Positions 28,963 to 37,298 of a stretch of DNA of 40,741 nucleotides are shown here, piece after piece. The DNA is from Elusimicrobiota bacterium. GTDB taxonomy: Bacteria > Ratteibacteria > UBA8468 > B48-G9 > JAFGKM01. The stretch spans positions 1 through 40,741 of the forward strand of contig JAAYXZ010000019.1 of the NCBI GenBank assembly GCA_012515635.1, written 5' to 3'. The first letter of the stretch is position 1. Each line of letters begins with the position of its first letter. A program made the translations under genes and the position numbers. The notes beneath the pieces were generated by a model. It searched no databases. It saw nothing but the letters and a program-made list of their open reading frames with translations, and was not told the origin of the DNA.

Positions 28963-29309
28963 TTTTATATATTCTTATTGCGCTGATGTTTTTCATAGGG
29001 TTGTATGGGATGATTGCGAAGAAGAACATTATAAAAATTATTATAGGTATGAATATTGTAGGGTATGCATCCAATCTGCTGTTTGTTCTGCTGGGGTATA
29101 AATGGGACGGTATAGCGCCCATTCTGACAGAGGATATGTCGTTTGCCTATTTTCTGGAAAAAGCTGTTGACCCGTTGCCGCAAGCGCTTGTTCTTACATC
29201 AATAGTTATAGACCTTGCGTTTGTGGCGTTTCTTGCAGCGCTTGCCATACGGCTTTTTGAAAAATACGGGACATTTGATATAGATAAGATAAGGAGATTA
29301 AAGGGATGA
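28959..29309 (+). CDS. mrpC: MrpC/MnhC/NuoK-like subunit
   Basis: 116 aa with three TM segments. GLYG....KN.IK...G.NI pattern. Confidence 0.8.
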   Translation: MILYILIALMFFIGLYGMIAKKNIIKIIIGMNIVGYASNLLFVLLGYKWDGIAPILTEDMSFAYFLEKAVDPLPQALVLTSIVIDLAFVAFLAALAIRLFEKYGTFDIDKIRRLKG

Positions 29310-30790
29310 ACCATCTTATTACTCTTACTATGGCGATATATTTGGGAGGGGCATTTCTCATCTCCCTTTTATGGAGAGAAAATGAAACCGTTGCAGGAGC
29401 AGCGGCTATCTCTTTTGTGGCGTTATCCGCGATAACATCCGTTCTTTTAGGTATAGAGGTGTTTACTAACGGAAGCATTCTGTATTTTGCAGGCGGATGG
29501 GAGAGACCGTTGGGTATTGCTCTTATGCTTGACCCTCTATCCGCGCTCTTTCTGATAATGACAAATGTTATTGCTTTGCTTGTAACGATTTACTCTGCGG
29601 TCTATATGAAAAAATATACATGGACACCTTATTTTTATGTCCTGTTTCTAATTATGCTTGCAGGTATGAACGGCATACTTATAAGTATGGATATATTCAA
29701 TATCTATGTCTTTCTTGAAGTTGCTTCGGTAGCGTCATTTATGCTTGTTGCCTTTGGGCTGAGGGCGGAGGAACTTGAGGCCGCAATAAAATATACCGTG
29801 ATGAGTTTTATTGCGACTACAATGATACTTTTTGCTATTGCGCTCATTTACGGGTTTACCGGGACTTTGAATATAGCCCGGTTTATGGATGCGTCGGCAG
29901 GGCTTACACCTGTGCATCTGTGGTTTCTTGCGGGGCTTCTGCTTGCCGGATTTGCGCTGAAAGCCGCTTTGGTTCCTTTTCATTCATGGCTTCCCGATGC
30001 TCACTCTATGGCCCCTGCTCCCGTCTCTGCCGTGCTTTCAGGGATGTTTGTGAAGGTTGCGGGGCTTTATGTGATAATACGCGTTACCGCAAATATCTTT
30101 ACGAACCTGCCCCAGATACGTATATTGCTTTTGTTGTTCGGCGCGCTCTCAATGGTCTTTGGGGGACTGATGGCATACGGGCAAAAAAACATAAAGCGCC
30201 TTTATGCGTATTCCACCATAAGCCAGATTGGGTATTGTGCTGTGGGGTTGGGTATCGGCGGATATTTGGGGAGTTTGGGGGTTCTTATGCACTTTGTTGC
30301 CCATGCCTTCTCCAAAGCCCTTTTGTTTTTGAATATAGGAGCGGTGGAGTATGTGCGCGGGACAGTGGAATCAGATGACTTGAAAGGGTTAAACGACACC
30401 ATGCCTGTTACCACTCTTTTTGGAAGCACCGGTATGTTAGGCATAGCAGGGGTGCCGCCTATGGGTAATTTTTGGAGTAAACTTATTATTATTATAGCGG
30501 CGGTTAAGGCCGGCTATACAGGCATAGCGGTACTGTGTATTGTTGTGGCTGTAATTACTTTGGGGTATTTTCTTAAATTGCAACGGACGGTATATTGCAA
30601 TTTAACAGAGTCCCCTGTAAAAAAAGAGGCGCCGAAGACATTGCTGGTTCCTATGGGTATTCTGGCATTTATGGTCTTTGTGTCGGGGGTATTGCTGGTC
30701 CCGGGGATAAGAGAACATACGTTGGATAAAGCTGTTGCTGTGATGGAAAACTTTTCCTATGTAGATATTACGATAGGGGATAACAGATGA
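29306..30790 (+). CDS. mrpD: MrpD/MnhD/NuoM-N-like antiporter-type subunit (copy 3)
   Basis: 494 aa with WLPDAHS.APAPVSA.LSG and YSTISQIGY. Confidence 0.85.
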   Translation: MNHLITLTMAIYLGGAFLISLLWRENETVAGAAAISFVALSAITSVLLGIEVFTNGSILYFAGGWERPLGIALMLDPLSALFLIMTNVIALLVTIYSAVYMKKYTWTPYFYVLFLIMLAGMNGILISMDIFNIYVFLEVASVASFMLVAFGLRAEELEAAIKYTVMSFIATTMILFAIALIYGFTGTLNIARFMDASAGLTPVHLWFLAGLLLAGFALKAALVPFHSWLPDAHSMAPAPVSAVLSGMFVKVAGLYVIIRVTANIFTNLPQIRILLLLFGALSMVFGGLMAYGQKNIKRLYAYSTISQIGYCAVGLGIGGYLGSLGVLMHFVAHAFSKALLFLNIGAVEYVRGTVESDDLKGLNDTMPVTTLFGSTGMLGIAGVPPMGNFWSKLIIIIAAVKAGYTGIAVLCIVVAVITLGYFLKLQRTVYCNLTESPVKKEAPKTLLVPMGILAFMVFVSGVLLVPGIREHTLDKAVAVMENFSYVDITIGDNR

Positions 30791-31272
30791 ATCAACTTTT
30801 AGTTTTTATTTTGTTGTTCGGAATCTGGAAATTAATGACATGGAGTAATGACTTGGGGAGTTATATTGCAGGCATATTGTCCGCTCTCTTTATTACGCTC
30901 CTTTATGGGAAAGAGTTTCCCTATCATCCTAAACATACTTTTCAGATAAGAAGATACATTATTTTCATAAAGTTTCTTTTTGTTTTCCTGTATCAGATGA
31001 TAAAAGCAAACTTTGTGATGGCATACCGTATTTTAAGTCCCGGACCGCCTATCAAGCCGGGAGTGGTAAAGATATCTTTGCGTCTCAAATCGCCGTTGGG
31101 AAGGTTGATATTGGCGAATGCCATTACATTGGCGCCGGGAACATTCACATTAGACATAACAGAGGATACTCTTCTTATTCACTGGATATATGTAGGGACT
31201 ACAGACCCTGTAGAGGCGGAAGAGATGATATGCGGAAACTTACAAAGCATATTGAAGGAGGTCTTTGAATGA
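30787..31272 (+). CDS. mrpE: MrpE/MnhE-like subunit
   Basis: 161 aa. Its position after MrpD and the block AN.ITL.PGT..LD fit MnhE. Confidence 0.75.
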   Translation: MNQLLVFILLFGIWKLMTWSNDLGSYIAGILSALFITLLYGKEFPYHPKHTFQIRRYIIFIKFLFVFLYQMIKANFVMAYRILSPGPPIKPGVVKISLRLKSPLGRLILANAITLAPGTFTLDITEDTLLIHWIYVGTTDPVEAEEMICGNLQSILKEVFE

Positions 31273-31523
31273 TTCTTTTATTTTCGTTTCTAACCTTGTG
31301 TGTGGCGATGTGCGTATATAGGATATTCCGGGGTCCAAGGGCGGCGGACAGGATGGTGGGTATAGATATTCTCGGTATTATTATGATTATTTTTTGTGTG
31401 TTGCTATCGTTGTCTACCGGTTCCGAATGGTATATGAGTATAGCCATTGCTTGGGCTATTATAGGGTTTGTAAGCACTTTAACTCTGGCAAAATTTTTGG
31501 AGGGGAGGAACTTAAATGATTGA
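31269..31523 (+). CDS. mrpF: MrpF/MnhF-like subunit
   Basis: 84 aa with YRI.RGP...DR..G.D motif. Confidence 0.8.
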   Translation: MILLFSFLTLCVAMCVYRIFRGPRAADRMVGIDILGIIMIIFCVLLSLSTGSEWYMSIAIAWAIIGFVSTLTLAKFLEGRNLND

Positions 31524-31869
31524 TCTCCTTTTTTATGTTCTTATGTCCATCGGGCTGTGTTTTGTTTTTCTTGGTTGTGTGGGGCTTCTGAGAATGCCTG
31601 ATGTGTATTGCCGTCTGCAGGCATCTACAAAATGCGTAACACTTGGGACTGGCAGCATTCTCTTAGCCGCGCTGGCCAAAACAGGGTTTTCTGCTATAGG
31701 GATGAAGGCGTTGATATCCTTGGTCTTTTTATTTCTTAACTCACCTACCTCGGCGCATGCGCTTGCAAAGGCGGCGGATATTTCAGGAATCAAGTTTTGG
31801 GAAAAGCCGGGCGATGAAAAAATATATCCGGCAAAGCCGCGGCCTACTGTGGATAGCGATATAGAATAA
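31516..31869 (+). CDS. mrpG: MrpG/MnhG-like subunit
   Basis: G..GLLR.PD.Y.RL.ASTK..TLG motif. Confidence 0.8.
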   Translation: MIDLLFYVLMSIGLCFVFLGCVGLLRMPDVYCRLQASTKCVTLGTGSILLAALAKTGFSAIGMKALISLVFLFLNSPTSAHALAKAADISGIKFWEKPGDEKIYPAKPRPTVDSDIE

Positions 31870-31909
31870 AGAGGCAGAAAAGTAAATAGTGTGGTAAAAG
31901 TATAATACG

Positions 31910-32167
31910 ATGCATGAACTTTCAGTGGTCCAAAATCTGTTAAAAATACTTGAAAAACTACGCAAAGAAAGAGCGATAAAGTCCTTTCTTAAGATAAACC
32001 TTACTGTAAATCCTTTCAGTTGTCTTGACGAAGACAATATTAATTTTACTTTTTCTGCTCTTACAAAAGGGCAGGATGCGTATAAAGATGCGAAGATTTA
32101 TATCAGGAGAACTGATAACCCGTCATCTAAGGAGTTTATCCTTGATGATGTAGAGATAGAGGTGTGA
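31910..32167 (+). CDS. hypA: HypA-like hydrogenase nickel-insertion protein lacking the zinc-finger domain
   Basis: MHELS N-terminal Ni-binding motif and a HypA-like alpha/beta core (..L.V.P.S....D...F.F). Only 85 aa and no CxxC pairs. Confidence 0.65.
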   Translation: MHELSVVQNLLKILEKLRKERAIKSFLKINLTVNPFSCLDEDNINFTFSALTKGQDAYKDAKIYIRRTDNPSSKEFILDDVEIEV

Positions 32168-32171
32168 ATAA

Positions 32172-33308
32172 ATGAAAAAAATACAGGTAATAGAGGTAGG
32201 AGCGAGTATATTTGAAGAGAATGATAAGATTGCAGGGGAAAACCGTTCTTTATTAAGAGAGATGAATACTGTTGCTATTAACGTTATGGGGTCGCCTGGC
32301 GCAGGTAAGACATCTGTCTTGGAAAAAACCATAGCCCAACTTAAAAGCAGTCTTTCTTTTGCCGTGATAGAAGGGGACATAAAAGGCGCTTTGGATGCTG
32401 AACGACTTGTAAGGTTGGAGATACCCGTTATCCAGATAAATACAGGCGGGGCTTGTCATTTGGATGCTTTGATGGTCAAAAAAGGGTTAGCGGCGCTTCC
32501 GTTAAAAGAGGCGGATGTTGTCTTTGTTGAGAATGTAGGCAATCTTGTGTGTCCCGCGGAATTTGATATAGGCGCCTTATTGAATGTGGTGATAGCAAGC
32601 GTGCCTGAAGGGGAGGATAAACCGCTAAAATATCCTATGATGTTTAAGACGGCGGATATATGCATCCTAAATAAAATGGATTTTTTGCCGTATGCGGATT
32701 TTGATATTAAGCGTTTCAAGAGATATCTCGGCGAGGTATCGTGCTGTAAATTATTTCCGCTCTCTGTCAAGAGCGGCGAAGGATTCTCCGCTTGGATAGA
32801 GGAGTTCTCTGATTTGCTGTGTAAGCAACGCGCGGGGTTGAAGGATATAGCATCTCTTGAATTAAAAGGAAGAGTGGCAATTATGGGGATAGGAGATAGA
32901 ATGAAGGCGGATGATGCCGTCGGTTCTCTTGTGGCGGAACTACTTAGCAAGACCGTGAAAAGAAAGAATATAAAAATCATTGATGCTGGGAATGCTGTGG
33001 AGAATTATGTCGGCGTAATCAAGCGGTTTAAGCCGGATACCGTTGTAGTTATAGATGCTGTGGATTTTCAAGGTAAGGCAGGGGATATAAAAATAATGGG
33101 ATGCGGAGAGATAGAGGAGACCACAATATCCACTCACGGCTTTTCGTTGGCGTTAATTTTAGAGAATCTGCAGAAAGAGACAGGGGCAGAATGCAGGATT
33201 ATAGGAGTTCAGCCAGTAAAGGTGTCTCTCTCCGAGGAGATATCCCCCGCTGTTGAAAGAGCCATCCAAAAACTTGTAAAAGAGATTACTTTGGGGCTCT
33301 GCAGGTAA
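32172..33308 (+). CDS. hypB: fusion of HypB nickel GTPase (N-terminal) with HycI/HybD-type hydrogenase maturation endopeptidase (C-terminal)
   Basis: Residues 1 to about 215 carry GSPGAGKTS, GGACHLD, ENVGNLVCP and NKMD. Residues about 225-378 carry MGIGDRMKADDAVG, IIDAGNAVEN, VVIDAVDF and STHGFSL (the Asp/Asp/His Ni-binding triad pattern of HycI). Confidence 0.8.
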   Translation: MKKIQVIEVGASIFEENDKIAGENRSLLREMNTVAINVMGSPGAGKTSVLEKTIAQLKSSLSFAVIEGDIKGALDAERLVRLEIPVIQINTGGACHLDALMVKKGLAALPLKEADVVFVENVGNLVCPAEFDIGALLNVVIASVPEGEDKPLKYPMMFKTADICILNKMDFLPYADFDIKRFKRYLGEVSCCKLFPLSVKSGEGFSAWIEEFSDLLCKQRAGLKDIASLELKGRVAIMGIGDRMKADDAVGSLVAELLSKTVKRKNIKIIDAGNAVENYVGVIKRFKPDTVVVIDAVDFQGKAGDIKIMGCGEIEETTISTHGFSLALILENLQKETGAECRIIGVQPVKVSLSEEISPAVERAIQKLVKEITLGLCR

Positions 33309-33331
33309 AGGTCATTGTGGTATTAGAGAAT

Positions 33332-33403
33332 TGGGCGCACGTGGATTCGAACCACGAACCCCCGCGTTATCAGCACGGTGCTCTGCCCTTGAGCTATGCG
33401 CCC
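33332..33403 (-). tRNA. tRNA-Ile (anticodon GAU), no encoded CCA
   Basis: Folded manually into a cloverleaf. Acceptor GGGCGCA/TGCGCCC, D stem GCTC/GAGC, anticodon stem CCGTG/CGCGG with loop CTGATAA, T arm CGTGG-TTCGAAT-CCACG, discriminator A. Confidence 0.9.
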
Positions 33404-33413
33404 TGAAAATGTT

Positions 33414-34091
33414 TTATTCTTTTGTTGTAGTGTCGTCTTTCTTCTTTAAAAAATCCTCAAGATATTCTTTTATGATGTCTTTTGCTCCTAAAGCAAAGGC
33501 GAGCGCAAGTCCAAAAGCAACTGCCGCAAGAAGGATAATAAAGACATTACCAATGAACGCTCCGGCTATTCCTATCTGCTGTAATGCTATCACAGTTCCG
33601 AATACAACAATGGCAATCTGTGTGAGTTTGCCTAATGTGGATGCTTTCTGGATGCCGATATTGCCTGCGGATGTTCGGACAATGCCGCTGAAAAAGTTGC
33701 CAAGAAAGAAGGAGAAAAGGAATATCAGAAGCCCTAAAATAAAATTGGGAATAAAAGCAAGCAATCCATCTACTACAGAATCCGGGATATCAATACCGGC
33801 AAAATTGACTGAAATAAAAACTACTACCAGCATTACTATCCAATAAACAGCCATACCGATAAGTTCAGAGACATCTTTGGTTATATTCCCTTTCTCTAAC
33901 ATTGCTTTAAGACCGGCATCTTCCGATAGTTTGTCAACCTGCAAAAATTTGAATAGTTTTGTTATAATAAGGTGTAAGAATTTCGCCACTATCCAACCAA
34001 TGACGAATACGATGAAAGCGCTGAATAAAATTGACAACCCATTCCAGAATCGCTGCACTATATCTGTGACAGGCGCATATCCGCCTTGCAT
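33414..34091 (-). CDS. membrane protein with conserved-TM-helix repeats (MscS-associated type)
   Basis: 225 aa with repeated hydrophobic helices and a charged tail. AAGGAGG lies before the ATG. Confidence 0.55.
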   Translation of the reverse strand: MQGGYAPVTDIVQRFWNGLSILFSAFIVFVIGWIVAKFLHLIITKLFKFLQVDKLSEDAGLKAMLEKGNITKDVSELIGMAVYWIVMLVVVFISVNFAGIDIPDSVVDGLLAFIPNFILGLLIFLFSFFLGNFFSGIVRTSAGNIGIQKASTLGKLTQIAIVVFGTVIALQQIGIAGAFIGNVFIILLAAVAFGLALAFALGAKDIIKEYLEDFLKKKDDTTTKE

Positions 34092-34171
34092 ATCTGCCTC
34101 CTTTGCTCCATAAAGGAACGATTGGTGTTACTCTTTTATTTTACCATTATAGACATAAAAATCAACCTGTT

Positions 34172-36103
34172 TTATTTTATCAAGGTATATTTGCGGGGTT
34201 CTGCCAGAGGGGAGAAAGGCCTTCCGCCGCCTTCAAAAAACTTTGTGAAAAATTCAAGATATTGTAAACGGCTTGTATGAACATATCCTCCCAAAAGGTT
34301 AATCCCTAAGTTTGCCATATGACCAACTATAAACAGGATAGCGGCAATGATATACCCTACAATCGGAATGCCTGTTAACAGGAAAGCCATTTCGTTTATT
34401 ACAAACCCTAATACCGCAGTTGTAAGGCCAAGCCCGAAAAGGCGGCTATAACTCAGAATGTCTCCCAGTAAATTGCTGGCTATTACGCTATATGCGCTAT
34501 ATACAGCCCAGAATATCCGCATAAAAAACCCTTTTTGCGTCATTCCTGTTAGTATCATCAGATATATAAAAAAGAAGACAAGTATAGAGGACAATGGCAA
34601 GATAAGGGTGTTTTTGGATGTAACGAGGGCAACGATTATCAGGGCGACAAGAACCTGTATTATAAGGAGAGAGAATGGCTCTCCGGAGTTCTTGAAGCCA
34701 TGATGTTTCAAGGATGTTGAAAGGTTGAGATATAAGCCCCATATAATCTGGATGTATCCTAAAATTAAAGCCCATCCGAGAAAGATAAATGCGGAGTTTC
34801 CTCCTTCAAGGGGATTTAATATAACAAGTTTTTTAAGGGTTTCCACAGGGAGGGAGCCGGCTGGTATCCGTGAGAGCATATCTCCAAACCAACTGCCTGT
34901 AATAACTCCCATAAATATTGTTGCGATACCGCTGTAAAGGATAAGGCGGGAAAATTTTATAATGCCGGGCGCGTATTTGAATTTTTTCATGAGGAGAAGG
35001 GACGCTATAATAAGAATAATGCCATAAGCGGCGTCTGTAATACAAAAAGCAAAAGATAACAGGAAAAAAACAGAGAGGTGCGGAGAGGGGTCCAGGTTAT
35101 TATAAACAGGTTTTCCATATAGGTCGGTTACTACTTCAAATGGTTCTATGCCCCGTTTGTTTTCAAGCGCTATGGGAATCTCGTCGTTAGCGTCGGGGTT
35201 TGAAAGATAGAGGTATCCGTCAGGAAGAAATGTGTTCAGAAGAGATTCTATGCGGGGAACGTCATGCTCCTTTATCCAGCCGCGAAGGCCCTTTACAAAT
35301 TTTGAGATTCCTGTGTTTTTTCTTGCTTTTAAATACTGTAAAACGGAGAGGGCATAATCGTAGAATACAAAAATCGGGTATTTCATAGAGGATATTTCTT
35401 TTAAGCGGGTATGCAGTTCTTTTATCCTTGTTTGGTTATTCTCTTCTAATTGCGTGATTTTTTTCAGGATATCCGAAGGGAAGCGGTTCCATCGTTTTAT
35501 TTGTAATATCGTTCCGTTGATATCTTCTATGTGGCGTATTATGTCGTTCTTTTTTTCAATAGGGAAAATAATAAGATAAAGCGATGCCTGCCCGTGTTGT
35601 CCTGCCTCTTCAACCTTAAAACTGAGGATGTTGTCAGGACTTTTCCGTTTTACAGGCAAAAGAAAGAGAGAGAAAGAAAATAGTTTCATTGAGAAGAGTT
35701 CCTGCGGTATAACGGGAATATCCTTTATCAGAGACAGTTCCTTTCTTATGCTTGATAGTTTTTCTTGTATTTTGTTCCGTTGTTCTATATCCCTTGATAT
35801 CTGATAAAATTTCTTATAGGTTGCATCCAGCGGGAATCCTTTGATAATCTCTTCTTCCTCTTGTGCGTTGAGTATGATTTTTCCTGAAAAACTCTTTCCT
35901 TCAACCTTATTGACGGTCTCTTTGAGGAACTCAATTTTTTTTAGGTTTTCTTCCGGCTCGTCCCCTGAAGCGAACGTGTTATTGAATCCGAGCGTCTCCG
36001 GCAGGTGGGTTATCTCCACATATCCTTCTCTTTGAAGTTCTCTGAGGAAGTCAGAGGGGTCTCCTGTAAAGAAAAGATAAAACTTTTTCATCTTTGATAT
36101 CAC
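34172..36103 (-). CDS. ntpI: V-type (A/V) ATP synthase subunit I (a-subunit, stator/ion channel)
   Basis: 643 aa. The N-terminal soluble coiled region begins MKKFYLF...L..L...G.VE. The C-terminal polytopic domain carries the essential-Arg motif LSYSRLFGLGL. Confidence 0.85.
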   Translation of the reverse strand: MISKMKKFYLFFTGDPSDFLRELQREGYVEITHLPETLGFNNTFASGDEPEENLKKIEFLKETVNKVEGKSFSGKIILNAQEEEEIIKGFPLDATYKKFYQISRDIEQRNKIQEKLSSIRKELSLIKDIPVIPQELFSMKLFSFSLFLLPVKRKSPDNILSFKVEEAGQHGQASLYLIIFPIEKKNDIIRHIEDINGTILQIKRWNRFPSDILKKITQLEENNQTRIKELHTRLKEISSMKYPIFVFYDYALSVLQYLKARKNTGISKFVKGLRGWIKEHDVPRIESLLNTFLPDGYLYLSNPDANDEIPIALENKRGIEPFEVVTDLYGKPVYNNLDPSPHLSVFFLLSFAFCITDAAYGIILIIASLLLMKKFKYAPGIIKFSRLILYSGIATIFMGVITGSWFGDMLSRIPAGSLPVETLKKLVILNPLEGGNSAFIFLGWALILGYIQIIWGLYLNLSTSLKHHGFKNSGEPFSLLIIQVLVALIIVALVTSKNTLILPLSSILVFFFIYLMILTGMTQKGFFMRIFWAVYSAYSVIASNLLGDILSYSRLFGLGLTTAVLGFVINEMAFLLTGIPIVGYIIAAILFIVGHMANLGINLLGGYVHTSRLQYLEFFTKFFEGGGRPFSPLAEPRKYTLIK

Positions 36104-36107
36104 GAAT

Positions 36108-37298
36108 CTACTCCTTGTTTATTTTTACATAATCTTCTGTAAGGTCGCATCCCCACGCAGTAGCGCAAAAATCGCCTTTTTTGATATCCACTTCAACGGT
36201 TATTTTTTTTACGGACTTCATTGTTTCTTGAAGTTTTTTCTCGTCATACCTCAAGGGAGCCCCTTTATAAACCCTTACTCCGCAAAGAGAGACCGCAGTG
36301 TTGTTTACATCTATTTTGGCGTTGACAGAGCCCGCGGCGGCGAGGATTCTGCCCCAATTGGGGTAAGCGCCATATACTGCTGATTTGAACAGATTTGAAC
36401 CGGCAATCCGTTTAGCCACTCTTTTTGCGTCCTTTATGCTCCATCCGCCCTTTACTGTAACCTCTATCAGTTTTGTGGCTCCCTCTCCGTCGGAGGCAAT
36501 CATCTTTGCAAGTTCTGCGCAGGTGGTTTGGAGGGCGGAGAGAAACTGGTTGTATTCGTCTGTTCCTGTTCGGATGGTCTTGTTCTTTGCCTCTCCGTTT
36601 GCAAGGCATAGCGCCATATCGTTTGTGCTTGTATCATTATCAACGGTAACCATATTGAATGATTTTTCAACGGCTTCTTTCAAGGCGTTCTGTAAAGCAT
36701 CTCTTTCTATGACAGCGTCTGTGGTTATGAAGCAGAGCATTGTTGCCATGCAGGGATTTATCATGCCTGCTCCTTTTGCCATTCCGCCGATAGCGACCTC
36801 TTTATGTTTGCCTTTAATTCCTGTGGAGGTATGAAACTGTTTTAAAATAGTATCGGTGGTGATTATTCCTTCTGCGGCGAGTGTATGGTTGGCAGGACTG
36901 AGGGTTTTTACCAGTTCCGGCATGGCTTTTAAAATGCTTGTATGGGGGAGAGGTTTGCCTATGATGCCTGTTGAAGCAATAAGGATAGAGGATGTGTCTT
37001 TCTCTATGATAACAGAGAGTTCTTTGGCTAATAATTCGGTGTGTTGGTAATTCTCTTTGCCGTTGCAGGTGTTTGCGTTTCCGCTGTTTATCAGGACGGC
37101 GTTAATAGGGTTATTGATGTTCTTCAATGACCAGATTAAACTATATGATTTGAACTGGTTTGTTGTGAAAGTTCCTGCTGCCACACAAGGGGATTTGGAT
37201 AATATAAGGGAAAGGTCCTTTTTTTCCAGTTGCTTTATACCGCTGTGAACAGCGGATGCATAAAATCCTTCAGGGTAGGTTATTCCGCCTTTTTCCAT
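36108..37298 (-). CDS. argJ: bifunctional ornithine acetyltransferase / N-acetylglutamate synthase
   Basis: GMAKGAGMINP.MATMLCFITTDA autoprocessing site and a typical C-terminal DLT.DYV.IN. Confidence 0.92.
   Translation of the reverse strand: MEKGGITYPEGFYASAVHSGIKQLEKKDLSLILSKSPCVAAGTFTTNQFKSYSLIWSLKNINNPINAVLINSGNANTCNGKENYQHTELLAKELSVIIEKDTSSILIASTGIIGKPLPHTSILKAMPELVKTLSPANHTLAAEGIITTDTILKQFHTSTGIKGKHKEVAIGGMAKGAGMINPCMATMLCFITTDAVIERDALQNALKEAVEKSFNMVTVDNDTSTNDMALCLANGEAKNKTIRTGTDEYNQFLSALQTTCAELAKMIASDGEGATKLIEVTVKGGWSIKDAKRVAKRIAGSNLFKSAVYGAYPNWGRILAAAGSVNAKIDVNNTAVSLCGVRVYKGAPLRYDEKKLQETMKSVKKITVEVDIKKGDFCATAWGCDLTEDYVKINKE

Noticed and set aside
31901-31906. TATAAT hexamer just upstream of hypA, as an internal or leaderless promoter.
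   Set aside because: It ends only 3 nt before the ATG, so a transcript start about 7 nt downstream would fall inside the start codon region. There is no -35. This is probably chance in AT-rich spacer.
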